The position numbers were made by a program, and so were the translations under genes. The notes below the pieces were generated by a model. That model ran no database searches. It saw only the letters and a program-made list of their open reading frames with translations, and had not been told where the DNA came from. Shown one piece after another: positions 39,378 through 52,064 of a stretch of DNA of 64,000 nt (position 1 is the first letter of the stretch; the number at the start of each line of letters is the position of its first letter). The stretch spans positions 1-64,000 of the forward strand of contig NW_026860591.1 of assembly GCF_026571515.1 (NCBI RefSeq). Reading direction: 5' to 3'. Origin of the DNA: Ruditapes philippinarum. Its lineage: Eukaryota.

Positions 39378-41545
39378 AACAAGAGCCATGTCAACATGGC
39401 CATCCCCACCGAATGTGTTTGCTCATTGGAAGAATGTATATGTAGTAGAGCAGATAATTCAATTTTAAGAGGCCTCTTTTGGTAATGAAAACTGATGGCT
39501 GAAATGAGTACAGATTTGAAACCTATATGAATACTGATGGCTGAAAATAACAAAGGGCAATAACTGAAATAATAATGCAGGGTAGGTTATCATTCTTGTG
39601 TGCTGCATCCCTTCTTAGTAAAAACTATCCACCTATGAAGTTTCAAGTTGATACCTCAAATATTTTTTGAGATAAGCTCCGGACAATATAGTATGAAAAA
39701 GAACAAATGACAATAACTCAAATATTTTATAGGGAATAGTTATCATTTTTGTGCACAGCATTCCTCCTCAATAAGATCTATCCACGTATGACATTTCATG
39801 TTGACATCGCAAACACTTTTGAATTATGCTCCACTCAGGTGAAAAATAAAGTATGAAAAATAACAAAGGGCAATAACTAAAAAATTATGAAAGGTAGAGT
39901 TATCATTCTTGTGCATTGCACACCTCCTGAGTGAGATCTATGCACCTATGAAGTTTTATGTTGATATCTCAAAGGCTTTTTGAGTAATGCTCTGGACAAA
40001 AATAAATTTTGAAAAATAACAAAGGGCAATAACTAAAAAAATATGCAGGGTAGAGTTATTATTCTTGTGCACTGAACTCCTCCTCAATGAGATCCATCCA
40101 CCTATGAAGTTTCAAGTTGATACCTCAAATACTTTTTGAGATAACCTCCGGACAAAATAGTATGAAAAAGAACAAAGGGCAATAACTCAAAAATTATATA
40201 GCAAAGATTTACTATTCTTGCGCACAGCATTCCTCTTCAATAAGATCTATCCGCCTATGACATTTCATGCTAACATTTCAAACACTTTTTGAGTTATGCT
40301 CCACTCAGGTGAAAAAATAAAGTATAAAAAATAACAAAGGGCAATAACTCAAAAAATATGAAAGGTAGAGTTATCATTCTTGTGCACTGCCCACCTCCTG
40401 AATGAGATCTATGCACCTATGAAGTTTCATGTTGATATCTCAAAGGCTTTTCAGTAATGCTCTGGACAACTAGAAATGTGTCCATAGGACACGGATGCCC
40501 CCACACGCCACTGTTCTGTCAATCTTATGACTCTAGGTCAAATATCTTTTGGACTACATGTGCCACAAGTTGAAAACTAAAAATCAACAAAGGGCCATAA
40601 TTCTCTTAAATTTGGTCGCAGCAAAAATTCCTTCCTTTACTACCATCTACACATTAAGGTTGTTAATCCCTGGAAGTTTAAGCAAAATCTGCCATCCGGT
40701 TTAAGAGGAGTTGCATTCACAACATTTCTACATAGTATATAATGAAAAAATCAAAAAAGGGCCATAATTCTGTTAAATTTGGTTGCAGCAAAAATTCCTT
40801 CCTTTACTACCATCTACACATTAAGGTTGTTCATCCCTGGAAGTTTAAGCAAAATCTGCCATCCGGTTTAAGAGGAGTTGCATTCACAAAATTTCTACAT
40901 AGTATATAGTGAAAAAATCAACAAAGGGCCATAATTCTGTAAAATTTGGTCGCAGCAAAAAATTCCTTCCTTTACTACCATCTACACCTTAAGGTTGTTC
41001 ATCCCTGTAAGTTTAAGCAAAATCTGCCATCCGGTTTAAGAGGAGTTGCGTTCACAAAATTTCTACATAGTATCTAGTGAAAAAATCAACAAAGGGCCAT
41101 AATTCTGTTAAATTTGGTCGCAGCGAAAATTCCTTCCTTTACTACCATCTACACATGAAGGTTGTTCATCCCTAGAAGTTTAAGCAAAATCTGCCATCTG
41201 GTTTAAGAGGAGTTGCGTTCACAAGATTTCGGGACGTACGGACTGACGGACGGACTGACGGACGGACGGACGGACAAGTGCAACGCTATATGCTCCCACA
41301 TTGTGGGGGCATAAAAATTAATTTTGAAAAATTACAAAGGGCAATTACTCAAAAATTATGCAGGGTAGAGTTATCATTCTTGTGCACTGCACTCCTCCTC
41401 AATGAGGTCTATCCACCTATGAAGTTTCAAGTTGATACCTCGAATTATTTTTGAGATATGCTCCGGACAAAAATGTCGGACGGAAGGACAGACGGACGGA
41501 GACTATTTCTATATACCCCGCCGCCTTTCGGCGGGGGGTAACAAG
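39378..41545 (+). mobile_element. HINE-type element with ~155-bp tandem core (AAGGGCAATAACT...), interrupted by a nested element
   Basis: Head AACAAGAGCCATGTCAACATGGC; core repeats; GGAC microsatellite; 3' hairpin CCCCGCCGCCTTTCGGCGGGG. Confidence 0.8.
40468..41315 (+). mobile_element. Nested young HINE-type element with four ~167-bp near-identical repeats
   Basis: Head AACTAGAAATGTGTCCATAGGACACGG; AAGGGCCATAATTCT at ~40590, 40758, 40925 and 41092; (GGAC)n; hairpin CCCACATTGTGGG. Confidence 0.85.
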
Positions 41546-42662
41546 CAAAATGATTGTTTTTAAACAAAATGTTTTTAATATGTATCAAAATTTAACCCTA
41601 CCTCACCCACTTTGACCACTTATTTGACCATTTCCTTATGTAAAAAGCCTTATTTAAAATATCCCTAAAATTATTCACAATGATGGGCTGTTTTCAAAGT
41701 TTGCCTAATTTTCTAAAATGTATATTGGTTTGTCTTGCAAAATATATAATACTTGAACCGTGTAGTTTTGATTTTATTAAACTTTGAAAATATCTGGTAT
41801 CATATTTGCTATTAAATTTGGCATTATTTAGTAAATAAATACCTACAATAATTATATAATTAAAATGAAACACTTTCTTCTTCCATTAGGGGTCTGAGGG
41901 ATAACCGGCTGTTTGCCTAGCGGTTTGGGTTATATTTACAAGCAGCCGTTTATATAGGGCCATATAACCTGCCAACAATCGTTATAACTAATAATATACA
42001 CGACTGCTGTCAATTTATGAAGAAATCTTACTGTTTTCTCCACAAAATGATTCTTGCTGTATTATAAATTCGTTATTAACATTGTTGACCTAGCGACTCG
42101 GACAGCCGTTTATAGAGGACAATATAACCTGTCAACAATCTTTATAACTAAAAATATATGTAAATGTTTACTTTTGGAGAATGAATGCATTTCATGCCAT
42201 TTGTTAAACAACAGATATATTCAATATAGAATAGTACGCCAGGAAAAAATTATATTCAATATTTTATATAAAGAGTTTAGATGTGAGTAACCTCATGTAA
42301 CATTATAAAGACGATAACTTCAACAGCCAAAAAAAACGTCGAGGCTCAAAACAAGTAGATAAATGGACTTTGATAGTTTTCTAATTTAAATGGTAAAAGG
42401 AAACATTGATAAGAAGTAGGGTTGTTGGTATCAGATATTCCCATCTTATTTCAGTTTCGAAAATAATAGTAAATGCAGTTGGTATAACGATACACAGATA
42501 ATTTGAATAAAAATTCATGAGTGATAGAGTTGTGTTGTCTAAGAAAACAAATTGAGAAGTTCACAGAATTTCACTTTCCTTCTCTTCCCGATTTTTGGCT
42601 ATACTTAAAGTTCAGACATTAGATTCAATGATTCTTGTGTCAAGTCACAAAAAGGGGGATAC

Positions 42663-42715
42663 ACAACAACAACAACAACAACAACCACAGCAACAACAAA
42701 ATAACAACAAACAAA
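42663..42715. repeat. (CAA)n microsatellite
   Basis: Directly visible, imperfect. Confidence 0.85.
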
Positions 42716-43367
42716 TGAACAAAAAACATGGCAAGACCATAGAGCCAGGCTATATAATTATCACCTTTGTATAAAGGTTTGTTCCGGTTGGAATAAAAGC
42801 AATGTACTTATGCGCAATATAAATGATAAATAATGAAGAAACAAAAGAAATTAGCAAACATTTTTTAATTACAGCAGGTGTTCTTTACCCTAGCTAGCTA
42901 TACGTCAAGTTTGTTTTTTTTATCTCACCCCTACCTTAAAGAACTTTTCTGTTTTGTAATAATGACCTTCACCTCGATCCTATAGGGCTCAAAAGTAATT
43001 TCAATTTTCATAAAGGCATGCAATTAAAGCATTGACCGGAAACCATTAATAATTACAGAAATAGTGAATTTTCTTTGAGCCTACAGCAATCCCAAGGGAG
43101 TTCTTCATGTAAGCTTGATACACACAAAGTGTCATTGAAATATCTCATATCTATTTACCCAAACCCGTTTTTTAATATTTAATCAACAATGACACTGGCC
43201 TTGACCCGGTTGGTGGAGTGGGGCAAAATCTATCACATGCGAGGCATTTACATTGGCTTGCTATATACTAAGATATACTTAAACTTTTTTCGAACTTTAG
43301 TTATTGATCGGAAACCGATTTTCTACTTTTTGGATATCAACTTGTTTGTTCATCAATTTAAAGAATG

Positions 43368-45420
43368 AACAAGAATTTTTAACAGAGTTACCAAAAACGT
43401 ACCCCGCCTCGGGGAAGTTTTATATAAAGCATAAAATTGTGCTATTTCAAAAGATTGAGGTATGGATCTAAAGACTTTCAGTCAAAAATTATGATCCATG
43501 ATAGATCTGCAAATGCAACAATAAATTTATTATAAAATGAATGTTAAGCTTTGACCTCTTAGTGTGACCTTGACCTTGGAGGTGGGGTCCAGGTGTTGTG
43601 CATGACATATCGTCTTATTATTGTAACTATTTGTACTAAGTTTTTTCAAAATTCCTTGAACTGTGAAGAAGTTATAGATGGGACACACAATATATCCTCT
43701 AACAGACTATATTAATCTTTGACCTCTTAGTGTGACCTTTGAGGTAGGGACCCATGTTTTAAACCTGACATATCGTCTTATTGTTGTGATTATTTGTGCA
43801 AAGTATTTTTAAAATCCCTTGATCTATGACAAAATTATGGACTGGACACAAAATATACCCTATAAAAGACTATGTAAATCTTTTACCTCTAAATGTGACC
43901 GTGATCTTGGAGGTAGGGACACTGGTGTTACACATGACATATCATCTTATTATTATTCATTTTCAAAATCCCTTGATCTATGAAGAAGTAATGGACGGGA
44001 CACAAAGTATACCATATATCAGACTGTGTTAACTTTTGACCTCTAAGTGTGAGCTTGACCTTGGAGGTAAGGGTGCAGGTGTTGCGCATAACACATCTTC
44101 TTATTATTGTGACTATTTGTGCCAAGTTATTTCAAAATCCCTTGAACTATGAAAAAGTTATGGACCGAACACAAAATATACCCTATAACAGACTATATTT
44201 ATCTTATTGCGCATGACACATCCTCTCATTAGTGTGAACAATTGTGGCAAGTATTTACAAAATCCCTTCAAAGACAGTTATAGACTGGACATGACATATA
44301 CCCTCAAATAGACAATGTTGACCTTGAATGAGCAAGTGCAACCTTGACCTTGGAGGTAGGTGGCCGATTGTTGTGCATGACACATCTTCTCATTATTGTG
44401 AGCAATTGTGGCAAGTATTTACAAAATCCCTTAAAAGATAAGAAAGTTATGGACCGGACACGACATATACCCTCAAATAGACAATGTTAACCTTGAATGA
44501 GAAAGTGCGACCTTGACCTTGGAGGTAAGGGTCTGATTGTTGCGCATGACACATCGTCTTATTATAACAAACATTTGTGCCAAAATATTTTAAATTCCTT
44601 TATTAAAAGACAAAGTTATGGACCGGACACAAAATATACCCTGTAACAGAATATGTTTATCTTTGACCTCCAAGTGTGACCTTGACCTTGGAGGTAGGTG
44701 ACCGGTCTTGCGCACGACACATCTTCTCAATATTGTGAGCAATTGTGGCAAGTATTTACAAAATCCCTTAAAAGATAAGAAAGTTATGGACCGGACACGA
44801 CATATACCCTCAAATAGACAATGTTGACCTTGAATGAGAAAGTGCGACCTTGACCTTGGAGGTAAGGGTCTGATTGTTGCGCATGACACATCGTCTTATT
44901 ATAACAAACATTTGTGCCAAGTTATTTTATATTCCTTTATTAAATGACAAAGTTATGGACCTGACACAAAATATACCCTGTAACAGAATATGTTAATCTT
45001 TGACCTCCAAGTGTGACCTTGGCCTTGGAGGTAATTGACCGGTCGTTGCGCATGACACATCCTCTTAATATTGTGAGCAATTTTGGCAAGTATTTACAAA
45101 GTCCCTTAAAAGATAAGAAAGTTATGAACCGGACACGACATATACCCTCAAATAGACAATGTTGACCTTGAATGAGAAAGTACGGACGGACGGATGTTGC
45201 AACATATTGGGTTTAGGGGGTATTTTCTTTGTTATTTTCTTTGTTTTCTTAAGGGCTACTAGCCCATAAATCCTTTTATCACTGAATGAACCTATTGTTC
45301 TCTTTTGTTCTCTTTACTGTTATATAGCCCCTAAACCCAAAATGTTTGCTCGGACGGACAGACGGACGGAGCTTTTTTCTATATCCCTCTTTTTTCTTCG
45401 GAAAGGCGGGGGACAATAAT
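43368..45420 (+). mobile_element. HINE-type element with ~169-bp tandem core (TGACCTTGACCTTGGAGGTA...)
   Basis: AACAAGA head, about 10 core units, (GGAC)n, terminal GC hairpin. Confidence 0.8.
45199..45349. mobile_element. ~150-bp inverted-repeat insertion in the GGAC microsatellite
   Basis: AACATATTGGGTTTAGGGG / CCCCTAAACCCAAAATGTT. Confidence 0.6.
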
Positions 45421-48155
45421 TGATTCTTTAACACAAAATTATATTGGCGAAATTCAATATTCAACCCGATATAACACCTATATTTTTTTAAAATCCTTGT
45501 TAAATCCAGAAAAATATTCAACTGTGTTTGAAATGTGAAGAAATAATTATCCAGATTTAAACGTTCTAGTCACAAATTAAAAATAGAAACATTTGGTTAC
45601 CAAGACATTAACAAAATTGCCAATACCCTTTGAAAATTGATACCAATGTTTTTATTGAAGATGAATTTCATATAGTTTTCTTTCTAACATATTTCAAAAC
45701 AAAAAGCAAGGTAATATATCCCCATGGTACAGTCATAATTCTTAATTTCATAGACATATTTTTTACAACTGGATTAAAACTCAAAATGTAGAAAAACTAA
45801 AGAAAATTGCTTTCGTCTTTAATGATTTAAAAACTAATACAAAAGGTAAAAGGAAAGGCATGTTATACATTACAATGTGTATTGCACACACAGCTAAAAT
45901 ATATGCACAACTGCTTTGATTATAATCTGTATTTCTTTTATGCCTTTATACAAAAAATAAAAATGATGTGGTTGTTTGTTGAATCTGAATGTAATTATAA
46001 TTTGTCAAGATGTGTCATTGATTTACTTGAAATAAACATCTCTTGCAATAAAACTTCATGTTACAAAGGAAGATACTGAATCAAACTTTGATATGTTATA
46101 TGCATGCCATTCGAAAATGTCCTCGTAATCATATATAAATATTTCTGTTATCTCAAATAGCCTCGATCGCGATAAGGATACATTAAATAACATATCTAAC
46201 TTAATGTCAAATACCTTCGTTTATTCCAGTGTTATACATATTCATTGTACATTGTATCTATAAAGGTTTCTTTTAATAACACTACTAATATAGTAATTTT
46301 ATCTACCACTTTTAATTTATACATGAAATTTTCTAAACTAAAGTTTTGATATATGACCATTAACTAATACATAAAACATTGATAGCTATGAATGCAACTT
46401 TAAACAGCTTGCACATAAACATAGATTAACAATTGTTTCATTAGTTGATTAGAATTGAATAATATATGTACGAAAATTACATAGGGCAATAACTCAAAAT
46501 TTATGCCAAAGAGCTTTACTGTTATTGGGTTCTGCATTTTCTTTAATGAGACCTGTCTACATATTAAGTTTCAGTGTCAGAACTCTAATACTTCTTGACT
46601 TATGCCCAAGGTACAAAATTAACAAAAGACAATTTACTGAAAATTGATATTAATCACTGCACTTCTCCTCAGTGTACTTTGGAAATGACCGTTAATTGTA
46701 ATTCTGTCCTTGGGTAAACACATTTGCATTCGACCAGTCATTACCTGTGTACATTCTTACAACTTGAATTGTACTTTAAGAATTCAATTAAATGTGTCAG
46801 TCATCCTGTTTTAAGACATGTATACACTTAAAGAATTACATAGTTATTGCATTCGTTATCAGCTCTATATCTGTAACTTTTCGAATGTATTGATCATATG
46901 TTGATGTGATCAATTATGTCATACTTTTCTCATGCACGTTAATCTTTATAATTTTACACTATAACAACGTATTGGTGATAAACATGTGTGTATGTTTGTG
47001 CAAAAAAACAAAAACAATGCTGCTCTTCTTCTTTCGGATATTGACGAGTGTGTACAAGTATTTGCAGAGGAATTTAAAAAATAGCATGTAAAAAATAGCG
47101 ATTTGACAGAATAAACATGAATCTATTGGATCCATTTCGCAAATAGTAGCGTAAATAAAAATTTTGTAAAGAATACTAATCTACAGTAATGTTTTAACAT
47201 TTCGAACATATTTACAAAACATTTTTTTTAACAAAATACATATAATTATTAAAATTTTGCATTCATCACAAAAATATATAATATGCATGTGTGAAATTTG
47301 ATACTCGTATATTCAAAGCCAAAAGTATTTAAGAACAGTGAATGTTTGTTTTTGACTCAGTTTAATATACATGTATTTCGAAAAATCTTTTTTGGACTTT
47401 CTATATTTGAATTTATATATTGGCATAAATAACAGAAGATAAAAAGCCATTAAATCATATTTTTGTTGAAAAAAAACAAACTTTCTTGTTAGAATAATAG
47501 ATTTATTGATGTAACATAGAACATTCGTAAAGGGTTTAAAAGTTGTTTGTTTTTTAAATGTATGTTTTCTTTTTTTCCAAACAGCATTTAGTATTAATGG
47601 GAATGGCAATGTTAGAATAAAACCTTGATATCAGAAAAAGAATACTATAAATAGTTAATCTGCAAATTATCTGCCTTCAAATAATAATATTAAACGAACG
47701 ATAACAAAATTAAAATCGCTAAATCACAGAAATAGCATTTGAAATAATTCGCATGTTGATTTTCTTGTAAGAGTTAATATCTTAATATTCAATTGATTAA
47801 AGCCATCGATACCAAACAAATACTAAACAACATTGGTACTTATTTAGCAACTATAGCCAAATAACTGAGGAAAATTATTTCTAGAGACTGTTCGTCATCA
47901 GACATCAGAATTCTATATTGTAATGATATCAGTTTAACCTGATAAATTTACCTTAATAATTATGTTAGTACACTTTTATTCCATCAATGCCTGAATCGGC
48001 AGCTTATATATAAGGCAGGCAATTCCCGCCATTTACCAGTTCTTAGACTAAAGTAGATTGATTCACATCTGTGTTCTTCTTATTAATTAACTTCAGACGT
48101 TCGTATAATATCAAAGTTTTTCTTTATCAGTTGGAGCTGAAAATAATGCGACTTT

Positions 48156-49506
48156 TTAGCAGTCGAATTCAATTACAAATAGAGTGTTTGTGTCGTCACA
48201 TGTAACAATTAACCTATTTCTTTTCCCATCAAAGCACATATTGACTAGTTTTTTCAAGCCAAAATCTTTCCCAATTAGTTCTCTGAGGCAATGGCCATCC
48301 CTGTTGAACATAACGATGTTGTTAGATTGATATCCACAAAGGAATACCGTTCCATCATCAGCTATACATGCACCTCGAGTATCCTTCAATCTACTGTCTC
48401 TCAGCTCTCTAATGACCGTACCATCCTTGTTAAGACAAACAGCTCCATCAGATCTATCTGTCACGACCACTATGTCAGAAGTGGCAGCCATATGCTGAAC
48501 ATTGGATTTAAATATAGACTTCCCGTTTTGATCTTTGTCGATAGATTTAACAAGTTTAGATGAAGTACTGTACACGTTAACACCATTTAAGACTGATGAC
48601 CATAGATCACCACAACACATTGTTAATCCAAACTGTCCACCGTTTATTATATCTATAGTTTTTCCTTTGGACAGAGGTGAGCCAATGGAAAAAAATTGTA
48701 TTTTCATGTTGTTTAATTTCACAGCCACTTCGCTGTTACTAACACAACATATACTTGTAGGCCTAGCATCAAAATAGACGTTTTCTACACTATTATTAGT
48801 GTTGAGTCTTTTCACTTTGGTATTGAAACAATCAGTCAGAAGGATCGTACCATCAGGAAGTATGCATATATCAGATATGTAACAATTCAAATTGTCATTA
48901 CTCAGCTTCACATTGATCTTTTTCGTTGACTTTATTTTGTACTGCCTCTGTTTTACAATCTGCTCATCCACAATTCCGGTTGTCACGTCACCTATAGAAT
49001 TTACTTGTGTGATGTCTGCCAGCTCTTTATTTACAGTAAAATCAATAAATTTTGTACCTTCTGCCGTGACCTCTGTTATAAAAGTATTTGCATCTTTGAC
49101 AGTCTTCTTCATCAACTTCATTCTCACAAATTGCTGCTCTAAGTTCAGACTATCAATCATATGCAGTTGTTCCGTAGTTTGCTTCAAGTCTTCAGCTGTT
49201 CGACCTGACACACTAATAGAAGACACGAGGTCCTCCTTCAGTGTAGAATATTTATTATTTAAACATTTTGCTGTCTCTCTTTTCAATTTTCTAATATGTT
49301 CTACAAGTTTTGTCTCTGTATCATCTAGTTTCTCTTCACAAGCTTCATTCTGTTTGTCTATTGCAGTTAAATTCTGTTTCTGTTTTACTGTCAGGGACTT
49401 CACAGTGTCATGTGCATTCTTTGTCTCATCTAATAGGGCTTGAATCTCCGTTTGGGTTACGCATTGTTTGGACAAATCTTCAATCTTGTTTACTCCATTA
49501 CAAGAC
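48156..49506 (-). CDS. TRIM-like gene A, coding exon 2 (end of B-box 2, coiled coil, NHL-like beta-propeller)
   Basis: Acceptor GAAG|G, phase 2; coiled coil followed by ISDICILPDGTILLTD, RGACIADDGTVFLCGYQSNNI. Total ~559 aa. Confidence 0.9.
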
Positions 49507-49766
49507 CTTCAATATATAATGATGTCGAGGGTTATTTCTGATTAGAAAATAAAATTTAAATATCATCAAATATATATATTAGCTGGATGCTAAACTCGAT
49601 ATATTTTACTACAGAAATTGAAAGTAATCAGTTAAAACTTCAGACTACATTTGATCCGATTCACAGGTTTAAAATTGAAGGCTAAATTTCATGATATTCA
49701 TAAGCCAAAAAGTAAACCCTGTATTACAAATAAGACTGATTAAAATATGTTTAGTTCAACTATTAC

Positions 49767-50095
49767 CTATGTTCTGTTGCAATGCACATTGTACAATAAA
49801 CCATATCATGTGTTTTGCAGTACATTTCAATATCTCGGTCAGTATGGTACTGGCATTTAGTCCCAGCAATATGTAAGCCTCGATTGGCATCATTTTTATC
49901 CAACAGTTTATGTTGTTGTGTAGCATTAAGTCGACCATGGTATCTTGTACATGTCTTACACAAATATTCGTGACACTCAGGACAATACTTGTCGGCCTCT
50001 TCTCTAATATTGTCTTTGCTGCAAGGTGTACACGTGAATTCATAATCTGCATCAGAACCGTCTTTTAACGATTGAAAATTGCTCCCTTCTGCCAT
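49767..50095 (-). CDS. TRIM-like gene A, coding exon 1 (two B-box zinc fingers, no RING)
   Basis: CTPC..YCPECHEYLCKTC..H..H and CQYH..YCKTHDMVYCTMC..EHR|SC; donor AG|GTAA. Confidence 0.92.
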
Positions 50096-50860
50096 TCTGG
50101 AATAAATTATCTTTTTATCTAAATAAATCTATTCACTGAAAGCATCAGATGAATTATACAATATTTAGTTCTTTATCGAATGAAATAAAAAACCGAAAAC
50201 CTTAACAATATATCAACTGTATCCTCATAAAAAGATATATGAACAATGCGCCCATATCCGTGTTTGAGAGATGTTTAAGTTTTTCTAAATCAGACATGTA
50301 ATTTACTATAAATGAGATTCTCTCCCATCCTGTTTGTAAACAATACCTACGATCCTTCTTGGGGCCCACAGATTTTGAAAGAAAATATTTTCACAAATAC
50401 ATATAGATAGAATCATACACTTGATAAGTACTTTACTGGTACATAAGATTTATTGTCAAGTACACTCGATAATTCCCTGTACGGGTATTTTATGAACTTT
50501 TGGTATGTAAACATATATCATAAACAACTTTGTTTTATCTCATGTTATATTTTAGTAGTGATTTTCTTGAGACTAATCTTATCACAGATAATTTCAATAC
50601 ATTTGACCATTTTGTACAGTAATTTTATGTAAATGATATCGAATAATAATGTATTTATAAATAAGAAGACTAAATTTGCCTTCTTTCGTTTAGTAATATA
50701 ATACATCCTTATTTATGTTATCTCAAATCACCTGATCGTGATACGGTTCTCTATTTCAAGATAAATACTTTAAGTTATTTTTAACGTAAATAACGTTAAA
50801 AATCAAATCTACATGAACGAAAATTTGATATATCACACTCCGTTATTTGTATGCAAAATT

Positions 50861-51335
50861 ATATAGAGGATATTTGTTAAGTTCAGTGTAAGATCGGAAT
50901 ATATTTCACCGAGCACGGATTTATATTACAGTAATATAAATCCGTGCACCGAGTGAGCACCAAAAAGTATTTTCACGAGTGGCGCAGCCACTCGTGAAAT
51001 GTGAACTTTTGGTGTTCACTAGGTGAAATTTATTTCGATCTTACACTAAACTAAACAAATTTTCTTTTTATTATATGCAAACAAACTTTAAAAAAGACAT
51101 TTTTACCTAATACTTAATGAATAGCGCGCTAAATAATTATACAACGTGACGTCATTTACAACGTCACGTTTTTAAGTTGGTTTCCAGTTCTGTGTACGCT
51201 GTTATTTCACTGAAACAACGTAAGGGGCTTAAATTCAATTATCAATTTGATAATTTCACTGTTTCAAACAGTGAAATTATAATTTTAATTCACTGACATA
51301 TTTCTATAAACCATCGAAAAGCATGTTATAAATAA
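50861..51335. mobile_element. Hairpin-bearing non-autonomous element (Crypton-like by inference)
   Basis: ATAGAGGATATT terminus (reverse of 9237-9248); ~200-bp hairpin centred on TTTCACGAGTGGCGCAGCCACTCGTGAAA. Confidence 0.6.
50914..50946. other. 33-bp perfect palindrome flanked by a 7-bp direct repeat; probable transposon excision footprint
   Basis: CACCGAG|CACGGATTTATATTAC-A-GTAATATAAATCCGTG|CACCGAG. Confidence 0.75.
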
Positions 51336-51424
51336 AGTTTATTACTTACTGTAGTACACTTGAAATAAATTTCTCAGTTAATGTGTACATTCCTATGGTG
51401 GCATATTTCTTCCACCAGATAACC

Positions 51425-51746
51425 ATATGACTAACTAGTTAATTAAGATGTTAACTAGTTATGTAACTAGGTTAACTTGTTACGTAACTAGTTAACATGT
51501 TAATTAACTAGTTAGTTATGTGGTTAACTAGTTACGTAAGTAGTTAATTTTTTCAATAAATAAAAGATCATAATGGGAAATAAATGCATGTTAGTGCCTA
51601 CAACTGTCATTCTTTTATTATTATACCAGCTTAATGTTAAGTGGTTAACTAGTTACGTAACTAGTTAATCACATAATTAACTAGTTAATTAAGAGGTTAA
51701 CTAGTTACGTAACGTAACTAGTTACGTAGCGTAACTAGTTAATCAC
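51425..51746. repeat. Self-complementary (TAACTAGTTA/CG) repeat blocks
   Basis: Two blocks (~51430-51550 and ~51640-51746) of palindromic TAACTAGTTA units, mutually inverted. Confidence 0.85.
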
Positions 51747-52052
51747 TAAAGCAATACATTTCTTGGTCAGTTGGTACACTTGCATTAACAGTAAGAATAA
51801 CTCCCAGAGGCCTACGGGAAATTAACATCTAGGGGTAATAATGAAAGAATGTCAAGTTCCTGTGGTAAAATCATAGTAATTGACCTACTGTAGAGGCTAG
51901 AGTGTATAGAACAAATAAACCACGGTTTATGAAATAAACAGATCAGAATGTGTCTATATATTTACAATATTACACTGAAGTACCGTCTGCTTTGCTATGT
52001 GTATAAGATATAAAACATCAAACAAATCTACAAAAATAAATACATACCTTCT

Positions 52053-52064
52053 AGTTTCGATTTC
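52053..52064 (-). promoter_or_regulatory. ISRE/IRF-like motif GAAATCGAAACT next to the putative 5'-UTR exon donor of gene A
   Basis: GTGAAATCGAAACTAGAAG|GTATGT. Confidence 0.5.

Larger units (their letters stand above)
39104..41893. mobile_element. Possible TTAA-targeting (Kolobok-like) element hosting the tandem-repeat elements
   Basis: TTAA|GGTAGAACACCCCTAAT at the left end; inverted ATTAGGGGT at ~41885; right end disrupted or uncertain. Confidence 0.4.

Noticed and set aside
39540-45190. Regular repeats as a CRISPR array
   Set aside because: Whole 155-170-bp units repeat with no unique spacers, there are no cas genes, and the context is eukaryotic.
48291-49519. Plus-strand ORFs of 69-183 aa
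   Set aside because: Antisense shadows of the TRIM-like exon.
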